Of a stretch of 64,000 nucleotides of DNA, positions 1 to 9,592 are shown piece by piece; the stretch's first letter is position 1, and every line of letters starts with the position of its first letter. Source of the DNA: Patescibacteria group bacterium UBA2196. Its GTDB lineage: Bacteria > Patescibacteriota > Patescibacteriia > UBA2196. The stretch lies in the NCBI GenBank assembly GCA_002328025.1, contig DCVE01000014.1, forward strand, positions 5,882-69,881, in the 5' to 3' direction. The notes beneath the pieces are model-generated. The model was not told where the DNA came from. It worked only from the letters and a program-made list of their open reading frames with translations, and searched no databases. The translations under genes and the position numbers were made by a program.

Positions 1-1793
1 CCGCTTTGGTTGCCACCAGTCTAAATTTGTCACCAGAGAAAAATGATTTATTGTGCGAGGTACACTTGGGTGAAGCCGAAGGTAAAAGTGGTGGGTGGGT
101 GGAAAAAAATATTGGCTCTTTAAAAAAACGCATAGAAAATGGTTGGCCGCAGGGCGAAACCATGGAACAGTTAAAAACACGTGTTCGTCAATTTGTGGCA
201 GAAATAGAAGAAAAATATGTGGGTAAAAAAATTCTAGTGGTCAGTCATGGAGACACCCTATGTTCTTTAATTAGTTTATTTGACGGTAAAACAGATTTGG
301 AAACCTGGAAAAACAATTATCCTGCCAAAGGTCAGTTAATAGGTTCTTTTGATAAAATGTTTAAAAATAATAATCAGACACACTTTGATCCACACCGTCC
401 GTTTATTGATGAAATTAATTTTCAATGCGAAAAATGTTCTGGCACAATGAAACGCACACCAGAAGTTATGGACTGTTGGTTTGATTCAGGTGCCATGCCT
501 TTGGCACAAACTCATTATCCTTTTGAAAACAAAGATCAGATTGATTCTGGAGCCCAATACCCAGCCAAATATATTTCTGAAGCCATTGATCAGACACGTG
601 GCTGGTTTTATACATTATTAGCCGTGGCTACTTTGTTGGGCAAAGAAGCGCCTTATAAAAATGTTATTTGTTTGGGTCATTTATTGGACAAAAAAGGTCA
701 AAAAATGTCAAAACATATCGGTAATGTTGTTAATCCTTGGGAAATGTTTGAAAAATATGGTGCCGATGTCGTCAGGTGGTATTTATATACAGTCAACCAG
801 CCGGGTGAACCCAAAAGATTTGATGAATCTTTTTTGAAGGAGTCGGCGCGCATGTTTAACACTCTTTTAAACACTTTAACTTTTTATCAAACCTATGTAA
901 ACGAAGTTGCCGCGGTTGAGTTTACAGAATTACAACCCAAAAATATTTTAGACAAATGGATCTCAGCTCAGCTTCATTTATTAATTAAAGAGGTTACTCA
1001 AAGTTTGGAAAATTATGATATTACTACGGCGGCCAGAAAAATTGAAGAATTTATTAATGAATTATCAATTTGGTATGTGCGTCGGTCACGCGATAGGTTT
1101 AAAGGCGATAGCCAAGACGATAAACTGCAAGCTGTTTATGTTTTGGGTAAAGTTTTGTTTGAATTATCAAAATTATTAGCGCCTTTTATTCCGTTTTCAG
1201 CTGAATATATTTATCAAGAATTAAGTAAAAATTGTGGTGCGCTAAAAGAATCAGTACACTTAGAAAACTGGCCAGCCTGTCGCGAAGAAATGATTGATCA
1301 AAAAGTTTTAGAACAGATGCAATCTGTGCGTCAAGTGGTTGAATTAGGTTTAGCCAAACGCGCCGAAGCTGGCATAAAAATTAGGCAACCACTAAAGCGA
1401 CTTTCAACTTTTAATTTTATTTTTTTGAATGAATACGTTGAGTTGATAAAAGATGAGTTAAATGTTAAGAGTGTCAGCGTAGAAAAAGATAATAGTGGGG
1501 AACTAGGGGTAGAACTTGACACTGCTTTGACTGACGAACTCAAAGCCGAGGGTTTGTTACGTGAACTGGTGCGTGGCATTAATAATTTACGCAAGGAAAT
1601 GAAGCTGACCATTCAAGATAGAGTAAAAATTTTATATCACACCGACGATGAAATTTTAAAATCGGTTTTTGTTAAATATGCGGTAGAGTTGCAAAAACAA
1701 ACCTTAGCAGACGATTTAACTTTGTCAGCTGAAGCTGCGGATAAAATAAAAATTAATAATGCCGAAGTTAAAATTAAAATTGTTCAACTTTAA
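1..1793 (+). CDS. ileS: Isoleucyl-tRNA synthetase (IleRS2-like), 5'-truncated by window edge, with inserted histidine-phosphatase-like domain
   Basis: DCWFDSG, EAIDQTRGWFYTL, KMSKH, WYVRRSRDRF, IKIRQPL motifs; upstream segment GE..RV..ILVVSHGD resembles His-phosphatase. Confidence 0.95.
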   Translation, partial: ALVATSLNLSPEKNDLLCEVHLGEAEGKSGGWVEKNIGSLKKRIENGWPQGETMEQLKTRVRQFVAEIEEKYVGKKILVVSHGDTLCSLISLFDGKTDLETWKNNYPAKGQLIGSFDKMFKNNNQTHFDPHRPFIDEINFQCEKCSGTMKRTPEVMDCWFDSGAMPLAQTHYPFENKDQIDSGAQYPAKYISEAIDQTRGWFYTLLAVATLLGKEAPYKNVICLGHLLDKKGQKMSKHIGNVVNPWEMFEKYGADVVRWYLYTVNQPGEPKRFDESFLKESARMFNTLLNTLTFYQTYVNEVAAVEFTELQPKNILDKWISAQLHLLIKEVTQSLENYDITTAARKIEEFINELSIWYVRRSRDRFKGDSQDDKLQAVYVLGKVLFELSKLLAPFIPFSAEYIYQELSKNCGALKESVHLENWPACREEMIDQKVLEQMQSVRQVVELGLAKRAEAGIKIRQPLKRLSTFNFIFLNEYVELIKDELNVKSVSVEKDNSGELGVELDTALTDELKAEGLLRELVRGINNLRKEMKLTIQDRVKILYHTDDEILKSVFVKYAVELQKQTLADDLTLSAEAADKIKINNAEVKIKIVQL

Positions 1794-1802
1794 AAGCTAA
1801 TC

Positions 1803-2390
1803 ATGTATTATAATTTACATGTTATAATTTTAAAGCGCCAGGCTTTTCGCGAAGACGATCTGTTGGTGACGGTTTATTCGGAGGAAAAAGGTAAATTAGT
1901 GTTGACGGCGCGTGGTGGTAAAAAAATTTTAAGTAAACTAGCCGGCCATTTAGAGCCGGTCAGTTTATCTTATCTCAATGTCGTTTTTGGCAAAAGCATT
2001 GATCAGTTGACTGGCGCGCAGATGCTTAGAAGCTATGCGTCAATAAAAAATGATTTAATCAAAACACAAGCAGCGGGTTGGTTTTTAAACCTATTAGACA
2101 GTTTGACCTTAGAAAATCATCAGGATAAAAATATTTTTAAACTAGCCGAAAGATATTTGGATTTTTTAGAGCATAGTGCTTCAGAGTATGAAATAGCCAA
2201 AACTGTTGCTTGGGTTAAACTTTTGCATCTTTTGGGTTTAAATCCAGCTCAAAAACAGGAGTCAGGTTTTAAACAACAGTTTAATTTTATCGTTAAAAAC
2301 AAGATGGGAGAAATTATAAAATTTAAAAATAAATTTGATTTTGATAAAATAAACAATCTTTTGCAGTTTGAAATTGAAAATATTAGTTAA
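1803..2390 (+). CDS. recO: DNA repair protein RecO
   Basis: N-terminal IILK..FREDDLLVTVYS..GKL...ARGGKK..SKLAGHLEP typical of RecO OB fold. Confidence 0.88.
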   Translation: MYYNLHVIILKRQAFREDDLLVTVYSEEKGKLVLTARGGKKILSKLAGHLEPVSLSYLNVVFGKSIDQLTGAQMLRSYASIKNDLIKTQAAGWFLNLLDSLTLENHQDKNIFKLAERYLDFLEHSASEYEIAKTVAWVKLLHLLGLNPAQKQESGFKQQFNFIVKNKMGEIIKFKNKFDFDKINNLLQFEIENIS

Positions 2391-2406
2391 AAAATATTTA
2401 ATCTGT

Positions 2407-3540
2407 ATGTTAAAAAAAATTATCCACTCAAAAAAATCATCTGCCAGAATTTGTACGGTTGCAACACCACACGGCATTCTTGAAACACCATTTTTTATGC
2501 CCGATGCGACCTATGGCGTAGTCAAACACTTAAGTGAACAGGAGTTAGAAAAAATTGGTGTGCCTGCCATGGTGGTTAACACTTATCATCTTTATCTGAA
2601 TATTGGTGTGGATAGAATTAAAAAATTAGGTGGCATACATAAATTAATGGCTTGCAAAAAACCGCTTTTATCTGATAGTGGTGGTTTTCAAATTTTTTCT
2701 TTAATTCATAAAAATAATCAAAAAAATGGAAAAATTTTAGCTGATAAGGTAATTTTTAGTTCACCCCTTGATGGTTCACGGCACGAATTGACGCCAGCAA
2801 AATCTATTCAGATTCAGTTTGATTTGGGGACTGATATGATTGTGTGCTTGGATGATTGTCGACCGAATGATACCGATCAACACCAAGCTGTTGAGGCAAT
2901 TCAGCGCACAGTGGCTTGGGCCAAATTATGTAAACAAGAATACGATCGGCAGATAAAAAAACGCCACCTGAAAGGTAAGCTCAGACCTTTATTATTTGGT
3001 GTGGTTCAGGGCGGAATTTTTCCAGCCTTAAGACAAACATGCGCCGCAAGTTTGGCCGCCATTGGTTTTGATGGTTTGGGTTATGGTGCGCGGCCAGTTG
3101 ATGAAAATGGTGTTTTTTTGAGCGATGTTTTGCGCACCACGGCCGTCAATATTCCAGATAATTATCTAAAATTTGCTTTGGGTGTTGGTACTCCAGAAGA
3201 TATTTTACGATGTGTTAAATTGGGCTGGGATATGTTTGACTGTGTTATACCAACTCGTGAAGGACGGCATGGGCGTTTGTATCAATTTTCCAATCACATA
3301 GTCAGTAAAGATTTTTATAAAGTTTTAAACAGTAACAGTGCCCAGTTTAAAAATAATTTGGAACCCATCAACAAAAAAAGTTCTTTAAAGGAATTGCAGA
3401 TTTATTCTAAAGCCTACTTACACCATTTATTTAAAATCAAAGAACCTTTGGCTCAACGTTTGGCCACTTTAAATAATTTGGAATTTTACACTAATCTGCT
3501 GCAACAAATAAAAGTTAATATCCGCAGTTCAAAAATCTAG
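2407..3540 (+). CDS. tgt: tRNA-guanine transglycosylase
   Basis: TPHG..ETPFFMP, NTYHL, DSGGFQ, GVVQGG, DMFDCVIPTREGRHG; ATG 2407 chosen over TTG 2368. Confidence 0.93.
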   Translation: MLKKIIHSKKSSARICTVATPHGILETPFFMPDATYGVVKHLSEQELEKIGVPAMVVNTYHLYLNIGVDRIKKLGGIHKLMACKKPLLSDSGGFQIFSLIHKNNQKNGKILADKVIFSSPLDGSRHELTPAKSIQIQFDLGTDMIVCLDDCRPNDTDQHQAVEAIQRTVAWAKLCKQEYDRQIKKRHLKGKLRPLLFGVVQGGIFPALRQTCAASLAAIGFDGLGYGARPVDENGVFLSDVLRTTAVNIPDNYLKFALGVGTPEDILRCVKLGWDMFDCVIPTREGRHGRLYQFSNHIVSKDFYKVLNSNSAQFKNNLEPINKKSSLKELQIYSKAYLHHLFKIKEPLAQRLATLNNLEFYTNLLQQIKVNIRSSKI

Positions 3541-3580
3541 GCTTTTTTATTTCTTACACAAGTTGTGGTATAATATTTTT

Positions 3581-3946
3581 ATGATGCGTGAAAATATTAT
3601 CACCAATACTTTTAAATTCGTAGCCTTTAATGTGGTGGGGGATTTTTTGTATTTTCCAATTTGGTGGTATTCAGGTGGTTTAAAAGCTAGATTTAAATTT
3701 TTAATTAAACAGATACGGGCAGCCAATCGTCGATCAGCTCTTTTGTTGTGGTTAAAAAATATGTTTGTGCCCATGTACGGCTATTACGACTTTACTAGTC
3801 GTGCTATCAGTTTGGTAATACGTTTGGTAATGTTAGTTTTCAAGGTGACCGTTTTTTTAATTTGGTTTATTTTTCATTTAACCATCTTTTTGATTTATTT
3901 TTTGTTACCCCCGGCAATTATTTTCATGGTTTTTAGAAGTTTTTAA
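3581..3946 (+). CDS. Hypothetical membrane protein
   Basis: ORF with FPIWWY and hydrophobic C-terminus; TGnTATAAT at 3566-3574 just upstream; 3 nt from next gene. Confidence 0.7.
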   Translation: MMRENIITNTFKFVAFNVVGDFLYFPIWWYSGGLKARFKFLIKQIRAANRRSALLLWLKNMFVPMYGYYDFTSRAISLVIRLVMLVFKVTVFLIWFIFHLTIFLIYFLLPPAIIFMVFRSF

Positions 3947-3949
3947 TTT

Positions 3950-6652
3950 ATGGCCCTTGTGGTGTGTAATTTTTGTCAAGGAAAAAAACAAGATTGTCCG
4001 CTTTGTCATGGTTGGCTGGCAGTTTTGGTTTTTGATGGCCGTGTTTTTTATTGGCAAAAACAACTGTCCCGCGTCAGCATCTATAATCAACGTCTATTAA
4101 ATTTGGTAAAAAAAATAATTGACGGCTTGTCCTATGTTTTTGTCTTAGCTGCTTTGGTGGTAACTTTTTATTTTTTTTATCAATTTGTCTCTACTGGTGG
4201 CGAGGCGTGGAAATTTTTTGCCCGTCAGAATATCTTAATGCGACTTTTTTGGCCAGCTTTTTTAGTTGGGTTGTATATTTTTTATCGCATGTCCAGTGAA
4301 AAAACAGCTGACGAACTGGTGATTAAAAAATATGTTGATTTTAAATTAGATTTAAATTTTGAAAGTTCTGAAATTTGGCAAACGGAAAATTTATTACCCA
4401 AGATAAATGTGGCTAAAGCTTTTCAATATCAAGCTCTGGCCTTAATTGAGCACGCTTATTTAGGAGCTGAAAATTTTGGACAGACCCTAACGCCGGCGCA
4501 CATTTTTTATGAATTATTAAAAAATAGCGCGGTTTGTGGTTATTTGACACGTCTGGGTATTAATGCGGGCGAACTTAGAGAAAAACTGGAAAAAAATTTG
4601 GTTGGTTTAGAAAAAGGCGATGGTCCGTCTTTATCAACCGCCAAGGTTTTTTTACGCGCTTATTGGGAAGCGTTTTTTAGTAATCAAAAAACTGTCACGA
4701 CCGATGAATTATTAATTGCTTGTGCCAGCGAAGAGGGTTTGATTAAAGAACTACTGGACAGTTTGGAAATTGATGTTGATAAAATACGCAATGTAGTAGA
4801 GTGGGCGCGTATTCAAAATCAAATAGCACGTCATTGGAGTGTTTTGCAGGCACGTGCTGGCCAAAAACCAAAGCACGAAATTAATCGTTCTTATACTGCC
4901 ATGGCCTCGCCTTTTTTGGATCAATTTTCTGAAGATTTAACCCAATTAGCGCGTGCGGGGGCCATTGAACCAACTGTGGGTAAAGAAAACGAGCTAACTG
5001 AGTTGCTTAGTTATTTTAATGCTGGCCGCGATGGAGTAATTTTGGTTGGTGAACAAGGAACTGGCAAGTCTTTTGTGGTTGATAGTTTGGCTGAACTAAT
5101 GGCCGCCGAAGACGTGCCAGCTCTTTTCCAGGATAAAAGATTAGTGCGTTTATCAGTCCCGGCTTTAATCGCCGGTGCTAATGAATCTGGTGCCATTGAA
5201 TTTCGTCTGATTGCCATTTTAAAAGAGGTGGCTCGGGCTGGTAATATAATTTTAGTTATTGATAACATTGAATCTTTGGTTGGTTTGGGTACCGAATCAT
5301 CAACCAGTTTAGATTTGGCGCAGGTCTTAGTCGAAGAGTTAGAAAAAGGATATTTTTTATTAATTGCTGTTTCTGATCGTGAAAAATATAATCAACATTT
5401 ACGTGATTCTTTGTTGGGCGGCTTATTGGCCGTGGTTGAAGTTAAGGAGCCGGATCGCAATGCTGCTATTCGTATTTTGGAAACCAAGGCACCCCTGTTG
5501 GAAAATAAACATAAAGTTGTTTTCTCTTACCAAGCTTTAGAAACAGCTGTTGATTTGGCTACAAAATATATTCATCGTCAGTTTTTACCAATCAAAGCCA
5601 TTACGGTTATGGAACGCGCGGCTGCTTTGGCTAGACAAAACAAAGGCGTAGGTTGTGTTGTTGCTAATGAAGACGTGATGACCGTTGTGTCTGAAATAAC
5701 CAAAATACCCTTAGAAAAAACTTCGGTTAAAGAAGCAGAAAAACTATTGAATTTGGAAGAAGAAATCCGTCACAAAATTGTGGGGCAAGACGAAGCGGTG
5801 GTGGCAGTAGCCGAAGCTTTGCGACGTTCGCGCGCCGAACTGCATCCAGGCAAACGACCAATTGCTTCTTTTTTATTTTTAGGTCCAACCGGTGTTGGCA
5901 AGACAGAAATTGCTCGTGTTTTATCAGAAATATATTTTGGTGGTGCGGAGCATTTTATTCGTCTTGATATGTCTGAGTATAGTACTCTTGACGGAGTGGC
6001 TAAATTAATTGGTTTTTCTGGGTCAACTACTCGTGGTTATTTAACAGAACGGGTGGCTGATAAACCCTTTGCTTTATTATTATTGGATGAATTTGAAAAA
6101 GCCACCGCCGAAGTACACAATCTTTTTTTACAGGTCATGGAAGATGGTCGTTTAACTGATTCTAATGGTGAGACAATTGATTTTACCAACACCATTATTA
6201 TTGCCACTTCTAACGCTGGTACAGATTTAATTCAACAAGGCTTACGTGATGGTCACACCTTGCCGGTCATTAAACAGGAATTGATAGAAACTAAATTAAA
6301 TCAATATTTTAAGGTAGAACTTTTAAACCGTTTTGATGGTATTATTATTTTTAAGCCTTTATTAATGCCAGAAGTTTTGGCTATTACTAAGTTATTACTT
6401 AATAATCTGGCAGAACTTTTAATCACAAAAAGTATCACCTTGATTTACTCAGAAACCGTGGCGCAAGAAATTTCGCAAGCTGGTTTTGATCAAACCTTGG
6501 GTGCCCGGCCTTTAAGACGAGTAATCCAAGATCAAGTGGAAAATAAAATCGCTAACTTAATATTAACCAAGACTGTTTCTCGGCGTGATAAAATTATTTT
6601 AAATAGCTTGACCGATATTCAGGTTGAAAAAGCACCACCTCTGTTTGTTTAA
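3950..6652 (+). CDS. ClpA/B/C-family AAA+ ATPase with N-terminal CxxC..CxxC and transmembrane helices
   Basis: Walker A GEQGTGKS and GPTGVGKT, RLDMSEY, LLLDEFEKA, IIIATSN, GARPLRR. Confidence 0.9.
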   Translation: MALVVCNFCQGKKQDCPLCHGWLAVLVFDGRVFYWQKQLSRVSIYNQRLLNLVKKIIDGLSYVFVLAALVVTFYFFYQFVSTGGEAWKFFARQNILMRLFWPAFLVGLYIFYRMSSEKTADELVIKKYVDFKLDLNFESSEIWQTENLLPKINVAKAFQYQALALIEHAYLGAENFGQTLTPAHIFYELLKNSAVCGYLTRLGINAGELREKLEKNLVGLEKGDGPSLSTAKVFLRAYWEAFFSNQKTVTTDELLIACASEEGLIKELLDSLEIDVDKIRNVVEWARIQNQIARHWSVLQARAGQKPKHEINRSYTAMASPFLDQFSEDLTQLARAGAIEPTVGKENELTELLSYFNAGRDGVILVGEQGTGKSFVVDSLAELMAAEDVPALFQDKRLVRLSVPALIAGANESGAIEFRLIAILKEVARAGNIILVIDNIESLVGLGTESSTSLDLAQVLVEELEKGYFLLIAVSDREKYNQHLRDSLLGGLLAVVEVKEPDRNAAIRILETKAPLLENKHKVVFSYQALETAVDLATKYIHRQFLPIKAITVMERAAALARQNKGVGCVVANEDVMTVVSEITKIPLEKTSVKEAEKLLNLEEEIRHKIVGQDEAVVAVAEALRRSRAELHPGKRPIASFLFLGPTGVGKTEIARVLSEIYFGGAEHFIRLDMSEYSTLDGVAKLIGFSGSTTRGYLTERVADKPFALLLLDEFEKATAEVHNLFLQVMEDGRLTDSNGETIDFTNTIIIATSNAGTDLIQQGLRDGHTLPVIKQELIETKLNQYFKVELLNRFDGIIIFKPLLMPEVLAITKLLLNNLAELLITKSITLIYSETVAQEISQAGFDQTLGARPLRRVIQDQVENKIANLILTKTVSRRDKIILNSLTDIQVEKAPPLFV

Positions 6653-6774
6653 AAAAACCAAATATAAACCATTGAGTGTATCTTTATCATCCGTACGTTG
6701 GGTGATTTTTAAATTTGCCTTATTCTAGCTTTTATTATAAAATTAAAGCAATATATATAATTAAATTTAAAAAT

Positions 6775-7043
6775 ATGCCAAATCCAATGGAAAATCCAAC
6801 AGAGAAAACCCCCCCAATATAAATTCAATAGAAGATGCTGTAGAATATACTATGAGTAATTGGACTAGCGACATTACACCAGTAATAGATTTTTTAAAAA
6901 AACAAAAACCAACAGAAGATGTACCTTCTCCTATAACAGAGTTTTGTTTATCTATAAGGGATAAGTATATCCCTAATGATACAGCATCTAGCCCACCAAT
7001 TATAGTATTGGCTGTGATTATGGAAAAAATATTGGCAAAATAA
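6775..7043 (+). pseudogene. Small hypothetical gene split by frameshift at C7 tract (6809-6815); track ORF 6852-7043 is the 3' part
   Basis: ATG 6775 gives MPNPMENPTEKTPPI*; one extra C joins it to NINSIEDAVEYTMSNW... Confidence 0.45.
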
Positions 7044-7047
7044 TAAT

Positions 7048-8361
7048 ATGCAAACTAATGATAAACCTGCCTCGTCGGCAGACAAGATGGAAAAAATTGT
7101 TTCTCTTTGCAAGAGACGCGGTTTTGTTTTTCCCGGTTCAGAAATTTATGGCGGTTTGCAAGGTTTTTATGATTTTGGCCCACTAGGAGTAGAAATGAAA
7201 AACAATTTAAAGCAACTTTGGTGGCAGTGGATGACCAGAGAACATGAAAATATTGTCGGTCTTGATGGCGCTATTATTACTAACCCCAAAGTTTGGGAAG
7301 CTTCTGGGCATGTTAAAAGTTTTGTTGACCCTTTAGTTGAGTGCAAAAAATGTCATCATCGTTTTAAAGCTGATGATATTCTCGTTGAAAAATGTCCAGA
7401 TTGTTATGGTGAATTAACCGAGCCCAGAATTTATAATATTCTAGTGCCCACTGAACTTGGTGTTATTGAAGGTGATAAAACCAGAAGTTATCTCCGTGGT
7501 GAAGCTTGCCAAACAATATATTTAGATTATAAAAATGTTTTAAGTTCCACTCGCGGTTTAAAAATTCCTTTTGGCATTTGCCAAATTGGCAAAGCTTTTC
7601 GCAATGAAGTTACTCCGGGTAATTTTCTATTTCGTCAAAGAGAATTTGAACAATGGGATTTACAATGGTTTTGTCACGAAAGTGAAATGGATAAATGGTT
7701 TGAATTTTGGAAAAACGAAAGAATGAATTGGTATAAATCAATTTTTACTCATCCAGAAAATCTTGGTTTTTATGAACATGAAAAATTAGCTCATTATGCT
7801 AAAAAAGCTTTTGATATTGAATACACTGCTTCGCCGGTTGGTAAAGAAATGGAAGGCATTCATTGGCGCGGGGATTGGGATTTGTCCAATCATGCCAAAT
7901 TTTCTGGCGAGGATTTAAGTTATTTTGACGCTGAAAAAAACGAAAAATTTATTCCGCAAATCGTAGAAACTTCTGGTGGAGTAGACCGTACATTTTTATT
8001 TTTAATGCTTGATGCCTACACCGAAGAAGAAGACAGAATTGTTTTAAAATTAAATTATAAAATTGCGCCCTATCAGGTGGCCGTCTTTCCTTTGCTCGCT
8101 AATAAACCAGAGTTAGTGGCCAAAGCTAGAGAAATTTATAATAATTTGAAAAAAGAATTTAATGTGGCATGGGATGAACGGGGTAATATTGGCAAAAGAT
8201 ATTATTCGCAAGATGAAATCGGCACGCCATTTTGTGTCACAGTAGATTTTGAAACTCTTGAAGATAAAATGGTCACAGTCCGTAATCGCGATACCATGCA
8301 GCAGGAAAGAGTTGAAATTAACGAATTAAAAAAATATTTATTTAATAGTTTAAAATTTTAA
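7048..8361 (+). CDS. glyQS: Glycyl-tRNA synthetase (alpha2 type)
   Basis: LCKRRGFVFPGSEIYGG, WEASGH, GKAFRNEVTP..FLFRQREFEQ, NIGKRY..QDEIGTPFCVTVD. Confidence 0.96.
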   Translation: MQTNDKPASSADKMEKIVSLCKRRGFVFPGSEIYGGLQGFYDFGPLGVEMKNNLKQLWWQWMTREHENIVGLDGAIITNPKVWEASGHVKSFVDPLVECKKCHHRFKADDILVEKCPDCYGELTEPRIYNILVPTELGVIEGDKTRSYLRGEACQTIYLDYKNVLSSTRGLKIPFGICQIGKAFRNEVTPGNFLFRQREFEQWDLQWFCHESEMDKWFEFWKNERMNWYKSIFTHPENLGFYEHEKLAHYAKKAFDIEYTASPVGKEMEGIHWRGDWDLSNHAKFSGEDLSYFDAEKNEKFIPQIVETSGGVDRTFLFLMLDAYTEEEDRIVLKLNYKIAPYQVAVFPLLANKPELVAKAREIYNNLKKEFNVAWDERGNIGKRYYSQDEIGTPFCVTVDFETLEDKMVTVRNRDTMQQERVEINELKKYLFNSLKF

Positions 8362-8362
8362 T

Positions 8363-9085
8363 ATGAATCAGACTGATGTTTTTGGTTTTTTAAGGGGTAA
8401 GCTTGTGTCCAGTCGCATTTATCCAGAGTTTTTCCCTTTTAACAAAGAAGACAGGGTGGTTAATATTGGTTGTGGTCAAGGCCCGCAGGCCATTGCTTAT
8501 GCTGGTCAATATAAAGAGATGATAGGAGTTGATCTGGATGAAAAAAGGTTAGAAAAATCACATGAAGCCATGCGCATGTATGGGGTAAATAATTATAAAA
8601 CTATTTGTAGCAACGTGGAAGCCATGCCCTTACCAGATCAAAGTTTTGATAAAGCCATTGCCGTTGATATTGTGGAACATGTGCAAAACCCACAAAAACT
8701 TTGTTCTGAAGCCAATCGATTATTAAAGCCAACTGGTGAATTATTGGTTACTTTTCCCACCATGCATGATAAATTTACTGATTTTGTTTCTAAGATCGGA
8801 CGTGTTTTAGGGAGAAAAAATCAAACAGTTAAGTCTACCACTTGGAATCCAGATGAACATAATCAATTTCATTCGCCCAAAGCATGGATTGCTCTTGTTG
8901 AAGGCTGTGGTTTTAAGTTGAGTAAATCACGCGCCAGCACACTATTTCCTCCCTTGCACCTTTATGGCCTTCCCAGATTTTGGTACAGCAATAACTTTAT
9001 TCATGAAATTGATAGTTTTTTTTGCCAGCTGTCGGGTTTAAAAAATTATGGCCAAGCATTGGTCTGTGTATTCAGAAAAATATAA
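8363..9085 (+). CDS. Class I SAM-dependent methyltransferase
   Basis: VVNIGCGQG, GVDLD, MPLPDQSFD, RLLKPTG. Confidence 0.88.
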   Translation: MNQTDVFGFLRGKLVSSRIYPEFFPFNKEDRVVNIGCGQGPQAIAYAGQYKEMIGVDLDEKRLEKSHEAMRMYGVNNYKTICSNVEAMPLPDQSFDKAIAVDIVEHVQNPQKLCSEANRLLKPTGELLVTFPTMHDKFTDFVSKIGRVLGRKNQTVKSTTWNPDEHNQFHSPKAWIALVEGCGFKLSKSRASTLFPPLHLYGLPRFWYSNNFIHEIDSFFCQLSGLKNYGQALVCVFRKI

Positions 9086-9089
9086 ATTT

Positions 9090-9587
9090 ATGAAAAAAGC
9101 TTTAATTATTATTGATGTTCAAAAAGGTTTTTTAAACCCTTTAACAAAAATTTTTCCATTTAAAATTAAAAAATATTTAGAGCAAAATAAACGTAAATTT
9201 GATTTGGTTCTGTTTACCCAATATCTTAATCGTCAAAACAGTCAGTTTGCCAAGTTGCTTAATTGGTATCGTTTTATAGACAAAAAAGAAAATGATTTAT
9301 GTGAAGAGATAAAACCATTTGTTAATAAAAATAATTTGTTTAAGAAATATACTTATGGTAGTTTTGTGGATGATAAATTGTTAAAAGTTTTAAAGAAAAA
9401 TAAAATTGTTGAAGTGTATTTAATGGGTATTGCTACGGAAAATTGTGTTTTAACTTTTGCTAGAGATGCTTTTGATAGGGGATTTAAGGTTATAGTTTTA
9501 AAAAAATACTGTCTAAGCGATTCTAATAAAAAATTGCATGAGGCGGCTTTGAAAATCATTAGAAATAATATCGGCGAAGTAAAATAA
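9090..9587 (+). CDS. Isochorismatase/cysteine hydrolase family protein
   Basis: ALIIIDVQKGF, KKYTYGSF, GIATENCV..ARDAFDRGF. Confidence 0.9.
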   Translation: MKKALIIIDVQKGFLNPLTKIFPFKIKKYLEQNKRKFDLVLFTQYLNRQNSQFAKLLNWYRFIDKKENDLCEEIKPFVNKNNLFKKYTYGSFVDDKLLKVLKKNKIVEVYLMGIATENCVLTFARDAFDRGFKVIVLKKYCLSDSNKKLHEAALKIIRNNIGEVK

Positions 9588-9592
9588 ATTTT

